Below are positions 32,610 through 41,854 of a DNA stretch of 64,000 nucleotides, piece by piece (within the stretch, counting starts at the first letter, position 1; the number at the start of each line of letters is the position of its first letter). The position numbers were made by a program, and so were the translations under genes. The notes beneath the pieces were generated by a model that made no database searches, was not told the origin of the DNA, and was given only the letters and a program-made list of their open reading frames with translations. This DNA comes from Candidatus Deferrimicrobiaceae bacterium (GTDB lineage: Bacteria; Desulfobacterota; Deferrimicrobia; Deferrimicrobiales; Deferrimicrobiaceae), in the NCBI GenBank assembly GCA_963792415.1, contig CAWBVY010000006.1, positions 32,001-96,000 on the forward strand, written 5' to 3'.

Positions 32610-34718
32610 ATGGTGAGAACGGAAGGAAAGCACACCCGGCCCGGGGATTTTTTCCTGCTCGCCGTCCTCCTGGCGAACCTGGTTTGCGGAGTCGGCCTCG
32701 TCGGCGCCTTGCGAGGGGAACTTTCGAAGGACCTGGTCGCGGCCGAGTGCACGCTCGCCGCCTCGAAGATCAGCACCTCCCTGTGGGGAAAAGTCCTCCG
32801 CTTCACCTCGGCGGCGGGGCAGGGGAGCAGGGCGGAGGGGAACGCGACGTCCAAACGGGACGCCGACGCCCTGACCATCGTAAGCGATCTGCCCGTGGAG
32901 GAGAACTTCCAGCGGATCCGGTCCGGGACGGGGGAGTCGCTTCCCGTGTTCCTCGGTTCGCCCCGGGATCTTCCGGACCTCGGTCGCGTTCTCCCGCTCG
33001 CGGTCCTCGTCGCCGGCGGAACGGGCCAGGACACGCACTACGTCATCGGGGCGATTTCCCTCGCGGACATCGACGGGTACCTCGATGACCTCCGACGCAG
33101 GGGAATCCATTCCCGGATCGTCGATACGGAAGGAACCACCCTGTTTGGCGGAGAGTTCCAAGACCGCCGCGATTCCGCGTCCCGGTTCCAGGCAGGGGCG
33201 CCGCTGATGGTCGGGGCGCTCCCCAGGGAATGGTCCCTGCAGACGTACGTTCCGAACGCGGGTTCCCGCCTGCCGTTCCTGCCGCAGGCGACCCTCGCAA
33301 CGTTCTTTCTCCTGAACATGGCCACGATTGTCTTCCTTCGTCAGCGCTTCGTCCTTCCCGCGGAGGCGGCGCTGGAGGCCGTATCGGAGACCGTCGTCGC
33401 GCAAGGCGAGTTCCTTCCGCCCCGGGCCGCCCCCGCGCATATCGCCGGTGCCGTCAACACCCTTCTGTCGCGCCGCCGGCTGGAGTGGGAGGAGGAAAAC
33501 CGGTCGCTCCGTGAGAGCAACGAGCGACGGCTTCGGGAGATCTCCGAATCCCAGAAGAACCTGCTGTCGCACCACCGGCTCACCAAAAAGATGCTCCAGT
33601 CCCGGCAGGGCGACGAAGTCCTGGAGATCCTCCTCGGGGGGGTCACGGAAGGATACGGGTTTTCGGGGGCGTTGATCGGAAAGGTCTCCAGCGACGGGCA
33701 CCTGGTGTTCCAGGGGGAAAACGATCCCGTCTCCGGAAATCCGCTTCGGATCCCGCTGTGGAATTCCGGGTCGCTGCTTGCGCGGACGTTCTGGTCCGGG
33801 AACCTGTTCCACGCATCCCCCCGGGAACTGCCTCATCTTCCCGAGGAGGAGTCGATTCTCGGTTCCCTGGCCGTTCTCTGCCTTCCGGTCATGAGAAACC
33901 TCAAGGTGCGTTGCGCGGAGGCGAAGAATTGCCAGGACCGGACCTGCCCCAGTTACCATTCCGAGAACCTCAAGTGCTGGTTGAGGCAGATTCCGCAGGA
34001 GTTCTTCACCGTAGTGGGAAATCCCGAGGTCCATCGCGAAGCAATCGACGCCTGTCTCCGATGCGAAGTTTTTCCATCCTCCGCCCTCCTGGTGGTCCGG
34101 AGCGTCGAGAACGGAAAGAGGGTGACTCGGGAAAACGCCGTTCCCATTTCGAACCTCGTGTCGGAAGCCGCTCATGCGCTCGAGGTTGTGTCTCTCTACG
34201 ACAACATGAAGATAATGGCGGTAACAGATGGATTAACGGGGCTTTTTAACCATCGTGAATTCTATCAGTTGTTGCGGAGGGAGCTCGAGCGTGCCCGCAG
34301 GTACCGGCATACCCTGTCGCTTCTCATGATCGACGTGGACGATTTCAAGCAGTTCAACGACCGATTCGGTCATCCTGCCGGCGACTTTGCGCTTCGGCAT
34401 ATCGCACTCCTTCTGCAGAAATGCGCCCGGACCTCGGACATCCTTGCGCGATACGGGGGAGAGGAGTTCGCGGTCATTCTTCCCGAATCGACCCCTGGCG
34501 GTGCCCTGATGGTGGCCGAGAGGATCAAGATGGAGGTAGGCGCCCATAACTTCATCCACGATGCGAAAGAACAAGTACATCTAACCGTAAGTATTGGTAT
34601 TTACAGTTCTAAAAACGGGGACGTCACGGAAGATCAGATCGTGTCGCTCGCCGACGAGGCTTCCTATATCGCCAAAAAAAGCGGGAAGAATCAGGTCGTC
34701 GTGAAGGCGTCCACCTGA
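32610..34718 (+). CDS. Membrane-anchored sensor diguanylate cyclase (GAF with Cys-rich insert + GGEEF)
   Basis: Two TM segments, TDGLTGLFN, IDVDDFK, NDRFGHPAGD, RTSD I-site, RYGGEEF. Confidence 0.88.
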   Translation: MVRTEGKHTRPGDFFLLAVLLANLVCGVGLVGALRGELSKDLVAAECTLAASKISTSLWGKVLRFTSAAGQGSRAEGNATSKRDADALTIVSDLPVEENFQRIRSGTGESLPVFLGSPRDLPDLGRVLPLAVLVAGGTGQDTHYVIGAISLADIDGYLDDLRRRGIHSRIVDTEGTTLFGGEFQDRRDSASRFQAGAPLMVGALPREWSLQTYVPNAGSRLPFLPQATLATFFLLNMATIVFLRQRFVLPAEAALEAVSETVVAQGEFLPPRAAPAHIAGAVNTLLSRRRLEWEEENRSLRESNERRLREISESQKNLLSHHRLTKKMLQSRQGDEVLEILLGGVTEGYGFSGALIGKVSSDGHLVFQGENDPVSGNPLRIPLWNSGSLLARTFWSGNLFHASPRELPHLPEEESILGSLAVLCLPVMRNLKVRCAEAKNCQDRTCPSYHSENLKCWLRQIPQEFFTVVGNPEVHREAIDACLRCEVFPSSALLVVRSVENGKRVTRENAVPISNLVSEAAHALEVVSLYDNMKIMAVTDGLTGLFNHREFYQLLRRELERARRYRHTLSLLMIDVDDFKQFNDRFGHPAGDFALRHIALLLQKCARTSDILARYGGEEFAVILPESTPGGALMVAERIKMEVGAHNFIHDAKEQVHLTVSIGIYSSKNGDVTEDQIVSLADEASYIAKKSGKNQVVVKAST

Positions 34719-35521
34719 TGGACTCGACAAGGGAATTCGAGCACCGCTTCAAGGCGGCGGTCGAGAAGAACTTCGACCAGAGCGCCGACGCATACGATCA
34801 TTTCGAGGAGCAACACCATCTCTTCGAAACCTTGACGAAGCGGCAACTCGAGCTGATCGAGCCTTCGAGACCCGAGAGGGTCCTCGATGTCGGCTGTGGA
34901 ACCGGAATCTCCACGCTGGCGCTTCATCAGGCCATTCGCGGACAGTCGTCGAACATCTACGCGATCGACATCAGCGAACGGATGCTCCGGCGGGCAAGGG
35001 AACGTTGCAAATCCTTGCGTGGGGTCTATTTCATCCGGGGAGACGCGGAGATCCTTTCGTCGTATTTCAAGGAATCATTCGACGCGATCTTTTACACGGC
35101 ATCGATTTTCCTGTTGCCCGGGTTCGCGGAATCGTTGCGGCAGGCGTGCAATCTTCTGGTCCCAGGAGGGGTTCTTTCGATCAGTTATTACGCCGGGTTG
35201 TTCGACGTAACCGGAAATGACGCCATCCGGAAGGCGTTTCCCGACCAGAAATACCAATACGGAGCGGTTCCGATCGGAGACCTGGTGTCCTGCCTCGAAT
35301 CGCTGCCGGAGACGCGGAGCACCCGTATCGACTACCGATTCGAGGTCAGCCGCGAATTCCTGTTCGATTTCCTTTCGATCCCGGCGCAATCCGCCGGAAT
35401 TTTTCCGAAGATCCCGTACCTGGAACGAATCCCCAAAGTCCGGGATTTCTGCGACCTTCTTGCGAAGAGGGTGGACCCGGTTTTCATGGGCTGGGAGTTC
35501 CTGATCGCGCGGAAGCGGTGA
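34718..35521 (+). CDS. Class I SAM-dependent methyltransferase
   Basis: VLDVGCGTG, IDISERML, GDAE; start overlaps the upstream stop (TGATG). Confidence 0.85.
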   Translation: MDSTREFEHRFKAAVEKNFDQSADAYDHFEEQHHLFETLTKRQLELIEPSRPERVLDVGCGTGISTLALHQAIRGQSSNIYAIDISERMLRRARERCKSLRGVYFIRGDAEILSSYFKESFDAIFYTASIFLLPGFAESLRQACNLLVPGGVLSISYYAGLFDVTGNDAIRKAFPDQKYQYGAVPIGDLVSCLESLPETRSTRIDYRFEVSREFLFDFLSIPAQSAGIFPKIPYLERIPKVRDFCDLLAKRVDPVFMGWEFLIARKR

Positions 35522-35540
35522 TCTTTCCCGTCCTTCCGCT

Positions 35541-35568
35541 ATTTGACATAATATACATTACCGGACTT
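35541..35568 (-). other. dif: dif site (XerC/XerD chromosome dimer resolution)
   Basis: Minus strand AAGTCCGGTAA-TGTATA-TTATGTCAAAT vs E. coli dif GGTGCGCATAA-TGTATA-TTATGTTAAAT; located where gene orientation flips. Confidence 0.85.
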
Positions 35569-35573
35569 ACGAT

Positions 35574-35846
35574 GTGAAAACCAATACTAGTGGTCGATCA
35601 AAGATCGCCCCCGAGGCACGCGACGTCGATCGTATCCCGTCTGCCAGTGCAACTACGCGCAGCAACGCTTCCATCATATTTGCCTCTTGTTTCCTATGCT
35701 TTATCGCAGGGTTGACCTTTGTCGATAAACTGCCAGTTTGGGTCCTTGGAGTCTATCTTCTTGCAAGCATCGCTGCATTTATCGCGTACGTACTGGACAA
35801 GTCGGCCGCGAAAAATAATCAATGGCGAACCGTTACTGCCCTATGA
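35574..35846 (+). pseudogene. DUF1294-like membrane protein fragment
   Basis: YLLASIAAFIAYVLDKSAAKNNQWRT, then the ORF ends before the expected rest of the domain. Confidence 0.6.
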
Positions 35847-35934
35847 TCCCGCGCGTGCTAATGCACCGAGAATAAAATGGATTGGGCTGCAGAAAATCTG
35901 TCATATTTGCGTTAGGCCTCCAGGAGAACGAATC

Positions 35935-36441
35935 ATGGTGAAGATACGATCTTTACAAAAATACCTAAACGAGCACATCCCACTTTCGAAGGCAATGGGA
36001 GTAGAAGTCATAGAAGCGTCAATAAATGGTGTCAAATTGTCTGCTCCCCTTTCCCCCAACATCAACCACAGAGGAACGGTTTTCGGTGGCAGTGCGTCGG
36101 CTGTAGCTATTCTTTCAGCCTGGTCGTTACTCTATCTGCGACTAATATATGAAAAAATATACAGTCGCATTGTAATTCAAAGAAGCACGATGATCTACAA
36201 ACGCCCAATTATCGATATGTTTACAGCTTCATCTGACGTTACCGGCCAATCGGACTGGTTCAAGTTTCTTACAACGCTCAGGCGAAAGCATCGCGCCAGA
36301 GTAAAAGTAAACTCTATTCTGCGCTGTAATAATAGAAAAGTAGGTGAATTCGAGGGTGATTTTGTAGCATTAGATATACAAACAGCCCAACTACAGGCAG
36401 AAGCTGACGGCCACCCTGCGGGAGAGCTTGCGCGCCCGTAG
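35935..36441 (+). CDS. YiiD C-terminal-like hot-dog thioesterase, cassette-like
   Basis: LQKYLNEHIPLSKAMGV, APLSPNINHRGTVFGGS; low GC. Confidence 0.82.
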   Translation: MVKIRSLQKYLNEHIPLSKAMGVEVIEASINGVKLSAPLSPNINHRGTVFGGSASAVAILSAWSLLYLRLIYEKIYSRIVIQRSTMIYKRPIIDMFTASSDVTGQSDWFKFLTTLRRKHRARVKVNSILRCNNRKVGEFEGDFVALDIQTAQLQAEADGHPAGELARP

Positions 36442-36559
36442 TATCGCATACCCTGCCCTATGATCGCGAGAATGCCAACACCCTTGGAATATACATAACC
36501 AGCCATCCCTTTCGTTCTTGCGTTTTACCAATCTCAATTGGGTCGTCGTGCGGATACAT

Positions 36560-36592
36560 AAAAAAATGCCCCCGGATTGTATTTCCGGGGGC
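36560..36592 (-). terminator. Intrinsic terminator (minus strand)
   Basis: GCCCCCGGA/TCCGGGGGC 9-bp stem followed by a T-run on the minus strand. Confidence 0.7.
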
Positions 36593-36641
36593 TATGATTT
36601 CCTGCATCTGCAAAGACCGTAAACCCTGGATAGATCTTTGT

Positions 36642-36734
36642 TTACGAGATGCAGACACCTGCGGCCATCAAATATCCCATCGCATACACCAGACCCGCTG
36701 CCCAAACCACCGCCATTTTTTTATACGTCTCCAT
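36642..36734 (-). CDS. Putative 30-aa hydrophobic microprotein
   Basis: METYKKMAVVWAAGLVYAMGYLMAAGVCIS; GAAGGGAG RBS upstream, terminator 50 nt downstream. Confidence 0.4.
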   Translation of the reverse strand: METYKKMAVVWAAGLVYAMGYLMAAGVCIS

Positions 36735-36986
36735 TTTTTTCTCTCCCTTCCAGTGAGGTAAATCGAAAGGATTTTTTCCTCCTGTCAAATTAGGTTCGGG
36801 CCATCCAAGGAAGTTTCAATCCCGGGGGAAAAAGTGACGGCCATGCTCCGTGTGGCATGGTTCGCTACTTGACACGCACGATTGTGCCACATATCATCAC
36901 GCGGTTGCGGATGGCCGGAGAATATAGATTCCCAGACGTTAACGGGATACCTCGAGATCCCGCGGGCGTGGAAAATCGAGGCAACG

Positions 36987-37184
36987 ATGTTTCCCAAAGA
37001 ATACAAATATATTATAGGGATTGGTTTAATTCTGTTCGGGTTTTTTGCCGTAAAATTCCGTGAGTACCAACATCCGATCTACGGTTATATAAATCTGGGA
37101 AAACATCATATATATCTCGGCGTGGCGATCATCATCATCGGGGCGATTTATATAGCTCATGTCAGGAACGAAAATAGAAAATAA
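36987..37184 (+). CDS. Small two-TM membrane protein, hypothetical
   Basis: 65 aa, two hydrophobic helices, GAGG RBS, AT-rich. Confidence 0.55.
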   Translation: MFPKEYKYIIGIGLILFGFFAVKFREYQHPIYGYINLGKHHIYLGVAIIIIGAIYIAHVRNENRK

Positions 37185-37218
37185 TGGGTTTTATGACACG
37201 GAATATCTGATTTCCGGA

Positions 37219-37239
37219 GGGATTGCCGGCGGCAATCCC
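37219..37239. terminator. Hairpin between convergent genes
   Basis: GGGATTGCC-GGC-GGCAATCCC. Confidence 0.45.
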
Positions 37240-37244
37240 GTAGA

Positions 37245-39512
37245 TCAGACCTGCCACATCCTTTCGGCAAAATCCGTTCCTGGAAGCTCGGCGGAAAATG
37301 TTCCGTAGATTGGCCACCGCTCACCGAACGATTCCGCTATCTGGATCGTCACGAAGAACTCGAGTCGCTCATCCCGGCGGCAATCGAGCGCATCGAAAGG
37401 AATCGCAAGTTCCAGGACCTTTCCGAAGGCGGCACGGACGTTCCATTCCCCCTTGGACGAATCTTCGGAAGGCGCCGTTTCCCCTTCGGATTCAGATATT
37501 TTTGAGAAGGAATAACGGAAAAGTCCGTTTATCGGATGGAGTATGGAATGGAACTTGACGGATTTCATCTGGAACAGGATATCGAGCTCGATTTCGCGCA
37601 CATTCTCAACCGCGACGACGTCCAGATCAAAGCGGAAAAAGATTTCATCGACGCTGAAACCGTAATAAAAACAGGATAATAGTATGTGGCCGGCGCGGTG
37701 CATCGTTCCGAATCCCGGAGTCGGAACGACCTTTCTCGCTGAATTCCACTCGAAATAGGAGGACACCTCGCCGTCGATCCGGGGTTGAATGTACGACCTT
37801 GGGGCGGGAATCACATTCTTTTCCTGCAAGACTCTCTCGGTTTTTATTATCGGTATATCTATTGAATCCGGTGGAATAACCCCCATTTCCTTATACGCGG
37901 CTTTTATATTGTGGCGGAAAAGGCGGTCGAATTCGGGACCGTGCGGCGTGTAGTGGTCGTCTCCGTACCACCAACACCAGTCGGATCCTTCCGCGACCAT
38001 CAGGTACTCACGCGCCTTTTGCAGATTGGGCGGTTCTCCAATATCCTCTTTTGAAGATCTCTTCGAACTCGATTCCAGGAGGGAGCGCACGCGAGAGAGC
38101 ATCTCCCATGCGGCGTGGTCTTCAGGGTGACCGATCCAGATGTGGAAGGTCCCGTCGATCCAGGACCCCGTGGGAATGGTGGGAAGTTCCCTTACCTCGC
38201 CGATCTCCGCAAGGGCCCCGGATAAGGTGTTGAATTCCACATTCGGCCTTAACTTCTCAAGTTTGCTTAACAATACATTAAGGAACTGCACGCCGGAATC
38301 GTGGAAATATTCCCAGGCGTTCTCACCGTCAAGGATGACCGGGATGACGTACACGTCATCGGAATTACCTGAATTACCGGATGAGATACGATCATATATT
38401 CTCTTGATATTATAAATGAAATTATTGGCCGCATCGTGCGCATCCCAGCGGGAATATTCGAATCCGATCAGGTCGGACAGATGGTGATCCCGGAAGAAAA
38501 CCGGAATCGACCCGCTCTTCGTAACCGCCGCGTAAGGGCGGTAAAACCAGTCCGGCTCGATCGGTATCCCTTCCGGATCCCTTCTCACGGTTTTTCCGAA
38601 AGCCCGCGCGAGGAGAATCTCATCCGTCGCCGCCCAACGGAAACCGGCCCCGCAGGCCATCTCGAGAGCCGCCGGGCTGATCGAACCTTCCGAGGGCCAC
38701 AACCCGGCCGGATCCGACCCAAAGAGGTCATGAAACACTCCCCTGCCCCGCTCCAGCTGGATTCGGGCGTCCGCGGGCCAGGAAAACGGAAGACCGGGGA
38801 GCGCAGCCCCCGGGAGGGCGTCGAGCGCGGACCGGTTGTCGATGAGGAGGGGCAGGATCGGATGGTACATCGGTGAGGAGGAAAGCTCGCCCCCGTCTTC
38901 GCGGGAGAGCTTGCGGTACTCATCGATGACCCGCCCCATCACTTCGACCTGGTGATCGAGAACGTAATGCTTCTCCCGTTCCGTGAAGCCGCTTCCTTTT
39001 CGCCAAAGGCGCGAGAGTTCCGGGTCCCCGTCACGGAACAGCGGGTGGAACCAGGTCAGGTTGAACAGGGTGGCGAGATCGGTGTACTCCGAGGCCCCGT
39101 ACCCGCCGGGTCCGCCGTTTTCCCTTCCCAGGGAGCGAAGCGCCGCTTCGTGCCCGCGAAAGAGGTCGGCGTACCGCGGCTGCGGAAGGATCATCGTGGG
39201 GGCGTACGCGGAGAAGAAATTCCGGAGGAGAAACTCGTTCTCCTCCTTCGTCAGATCGAGGGCGTTCTTGCGGGATACCGACAGAAAAACGTCATCCGCG
39301 CCGTTTTCCACGTAATCCCGTATCTGGACGAGCAGCGAGGGAACAAGGTTCACGGTGTGTCGCACGCCCGGGTGCCCGCGGAAAATCACCGGGAGCGCCG
39401 CGTAATCCTTGATCGCGTGAAGCCGGACCCAGGGAAGGATGTAGGATCCCGTTTCCGGGTCCTTGTAATACGGTTGATGCATGTGCCAGAGGAAACATAC
39501 CCGAAGCTTCAT
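37245..39512 (-). CDS. Glycoside hydrolase family 57 (amylopullulanase-like)
   Basis: LWHMHQPYY, PWVRLHA, YHPILPL, WPSEG, ILDGENAWEY, AEGSDWCWW. Confidence 0.92.
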   Translation of the reverse strand: MKLRVCFLWHMHQPYYKDPETGSYILPWVRLHAIKDYAALPVIFRGHPGVRHTVNLVPSLLVQIRDYVENGADDVFLSVSRKNALDLTKEENEFLLRNFFSAYAPTMILPQPRYADLFRGHEAALRSLGRENGGPGGYGASEYTDLATLFNLTWFHPLFRDGDPELSRLWRKGSGFTEREKHYVLDHQVEVMGRVIDEYRKLSREDGGELSSSPMYHPILPLLIDNRSALDALPGAALPGLPFSWPADARIQLERGRGVFHDLFGSDPAGLWPSEGSISPAALEMACGAGFRWAATDEILLARAFGKTVRRDPEGIPIEPDWFYRPYAAVTKSGSIPVFFRDHHLSDLIGFEYSRWDAHDAANNFIYNIKRIYDRISSGNSGNSDDVYVIPVILDGENAWEYFHDSGVQFLNVLLSKLEKLRPNVEFNTLSGALAEIGEVRELPTIPTGSWIDGTFHIWIGHPEDHAAWEMLSRVRSLLESSSKRSSKEDIGEPPNLQKAREYLMVAEGSDWCWWYGDDHYTPHGPEFDRLFRHNIKAAYKEMGVIPPDSIDIPIIKTERVLQEKNVIPAPRSYIQPRIDGEVSSYFEWNSARKVVPTPGFGTMHRAGHILLSCFYYGFSVDEIFFRFDLDVVAVENVREIELDILFQMKSVKFHSILHPINGLFRYSFSKISESEGETAPSEDSSKGEWNVRAAFGKVLELAIPFDALDCRRDERLEFFVTIQIAESFGERWPIYGTFSAELPGTDFAERMWQV

Positions 39513-39533
39513 CCGCGCGATGCCCCCGGGAGG

Positions 39534-40232
39534 TTACTCCGACTGCGCCAGCTGGATTTCGAGCAGATTCCGAAGGGGGGTTTCCGGGTTCTCCTTCAGG
39601 ATGAGACGATACAGCGCGGTCGCCTCGGTCTTTTTTCCGGCGAGTCCGAGGACGCGCGCCTCGCCCATTCTTGATTGGGTCTTCAGATTCGCCTCGGCGA
39701 CCGCGGCGGCATCGCGGTAGGCCGCCGCCGCGGCGGGAAAGTCCCCTTTCGCCTCGAGGGAAGTTGCGATCCCCTCCCGAAGGAGATACTTCATGACCCC
39801 TGCCTCTTTTCCGGTGGCGATTCCCGCCCGGAATTGCGTGAGCGCGAGATCGTAGTCGCCACGGGAAAACGCGATGCTGCCGAGGTAGTACAGGGAGTAC
39901 ACGATGGCTCGAGTGTTCGGATGCGTCCTGACATGTTCCTGGAGAAACTGCTCGACGGCCGCCAGTTGCGAAGGGTTCGCCGCGGAAGGTGCCTGGAGAA
40001 ACTGCTGCGCGCGGTCCAGGGTTGGCCAAAGGTCCCGGGCCGACTTGCTCTCCTTCCATTGCAGGTACGCCTGGGTCCCCAGCACGAGCCCCAGGACGGC
40101 GACAACGCCGATCACCCCGGCGGCGAATTTCGTTCGATTCTCCTTGCACCAGTCGACGGTTCGCCCGAACGTGGAAATGAATTCGTCGGGACTCTTGAGG
40201 TCCCGACGGCTCAAGCCGCTCTTCTCTGCCAT
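39534..40232 (-). CDS. Membrane-anchored TPR protein (YfgM-like)
   Basis: RRDLKSPDEF, single TM, TPR-like helical repeats. Confidence 0.75.
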   Translation of the reverse strand: MAEKSGLSRRDLKSPDEFISTFGRTVDWCKENRTKFAAGVIGVVAVLGLVLGTQAYLQWKESKSARDLWPTLDRAQQFLQAPSAANPSQLAAVEQFLQEHVRTHPNTRAIVYSLYYLGSIAFSRGDYDLALTQFRAGIATGKEAGVMKYLLREGIATSLEAKGDFPAAAAAYRDAAAVAEANLKTQSRMGEARVLGLAGKKTEATALYRLILKENPETPLRNLLEIQLAQSE

Positions 40233-40303
40233 CTCTGCGTTTTCTCCTTGGTCTTTCGATGATTTGGCATTGTATACCAGATACCTCGGGGGATGGGCAA
40301 CGT

Positions 40304-41854
40304 TCAGGGACCATCCCCCTCCAGGAACTGCCGGATGACCGCCCCGAGGGAGTCACGGATCTCCTCCGCGGTGATCTGTTCCATGGCGCGGACTTTCAGC
40401 GCGCAGCCGAGCCGCTCCACCCGGTTCCGGAAGAGACGAAGGGTGTTCTCTCCGAGGCCGAAATCCGGGAAGGAATTTCCCATGACGGCCAGCACCACCC
40501 GGGCGGAGACGCCGCGGGTGTAGTCCGATATCGCCATGAGGCTCTCGAGCGCCCCCGACATCTCGTCCTTCAGAAAGACGACGATCCCCAGCGGAGAGGG
40601 CGCGAGAGTGTACCAGAGCGGGGACAGGACGCGCAGATACGGAAAGGCGTAGAGACGGATAGAGCATTTCTCCCCCACGCGGAGGCGCCCGAACATGCCG
40701 GAGGGAATTCCCTCTTTTCGACGAAGCGAGAAAAATACGTTGTCGACCTCGAAGTCCCGGAATTTTCCGAGCGCCATCAGCAATCCCTCGAGGAGCGAAG
40801 GGTCGGGAAGGTAAAAGACGATCTGCCCCGATCCTGCCGCCGATCCGTTGTCCTCGAGCCGGGCCCGGAGACGGGCCAGGTCCTCGGAGGGAAGAAATTC
40901 GCTTTTGCAGGGACGCGCGTCGAAATTCCCGAACCGCAGTACTCCACGATTCCGGAGGGCGATCAAACCCTCGTAGACAACGAGGTCGGGGAATCCGCAG
41001 TTGTCGACCACCTCCTCGACGGTGCCGCAGAACTCCGCCAGCAGAAGAATCTCGCGGATCACGCCTCCGGCGGTGGCGACCTCGCGGCCCTCCGGGACCA
41101 CGGCGACGCCGTCGATCGGGTGGGGAAGGGTGTCCCCGAGCCTTCGTAGTTCGTCGTCGTGTCGCATCCCCTCGAGGATCGCCTGTTGGCCCGGCGTGAA
41201 GATGGTCCGTCGGACGCCGACCTTTCCCGGGAGGAAGCGGAATTTCCCCTCCTTCAACGGGATGAGTCGGAACAGGGCCTTTTCCCCGGTGATGTTCCGG
41301 GTAACGGCGGAGACGATCTCTCCACGCTCTATGTATACCGATCCGGAGATATGCTCCCCTTCGACCCGCAGGATTCCGTTTTTCCGGTTCATCGCGAGCA
41401 TCTGCCACAGGTCGGGCAGGAAGATCTGGCTCAGGTTTCCGCTGATCTCGGAATCCCCGGTCAGGGCTTCGGAGAGCGGATCCTGGTAGAGCGCCCGCTG
41501 AATGCGCAGGAGGATCTCCTCCTCATGGAACGGCCTGCGGATGTACTCGTCCAACTCCTGTCGAAACCCCGACACGGACTCCTCCCGCTCGCTGATGAAA
41601 AAGATCGACATCGAGCGCGTGTTCGGATTGCTCCGAAGGATCTGGACCAGTCGTTCGGGAGGGAGGATCGGGACCGAAAGGTCCAGCAGGAGGATGTCCG
41701 GTTTCCGCAGGAGCGTCTCCGCAAGCGCCTTGCTCCCGTCCGCCGCCTCGATGACCTCAAGCCCCTTCTCGCGAAGATACGCCGACAGCGTCTGCCGGGA
41801 CTTGTCGGAGGGGTCGGCGATCAGGACTCGCTTGATCCCAAGGATCGTGGTCAT
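40304..41854 (-). CDS. Atypical receiver + DUF4388 domain protein with GTPase-like C-terminus
   Basis: N-terminal REC fold; ISGNLSQIFLPDLWQML..GEIVSA..GEKALFRL..EGKFRF (DUF4388). Confidence 0.8.
   Translation of the reverse strand: MTTILGIKRVLIADPSDKSRQTLSAYLREKGLEVIEAADGSKALAETLLRKPDILLLDLSVPILPPERLVQILRSNPNTRSMSIFFISEREESVSGFRQELDEYIRRPFHEEEILLRIQRALYQDPLSEALTGDSEISGNLSQIFLPDLWQMLAMNRKNGILRVEGEHISGSVYIERGEIVSAVTRNITGEKALFRLIPLKEGKFRFLPGKVGVRRTIFTPGQQAILEGMRHDDELRRLGDTLPHPIDGVAVVPEGREVATAGGVIREILLLAEFCGTVEEVVDNCGFPDLVVYEGLIALRNRGVLRFGNFDARPCKSEFLPSEDLARLRARLEDNGSAAGSGQIVFYLPDPSLLEGLLMALGKFRDFEVDNVFFSLRRKEGIPSGMFGRLRVGEKCSIRLYAFPYLRVLSPLWYTLAPSPLGIVVFLKDEMSGALESLMAISDYTRGVSARVVLAVMGNSFPDFGLGENTLRLFRNRVERLGCALKVRAMEQITAEEIRDSLGAVIRQFLEGDGP

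Noticed and set aside
34340-34480. Hypr-type GGDEF (cGAMP synthase)
   Set aside because: The specificity residue is Asp (GHPAGD), not Ser
36841-36895. Sigma54 promoters (TGGCA motifs on both strands)
   Set aside because: The GG-to-GC spacing is not the required 10 nt
37174-37201. Second dif-like site (ATAGAAAATAA-TGGGTT-TTATGACACGG) at the far edge of the AT-rich patch
   Set aside because: Only about 7/11 and 5/11 arm identity to the main dif, with a different spacer; plausible by chance in AT-rich DNA, though worth a PWM scan
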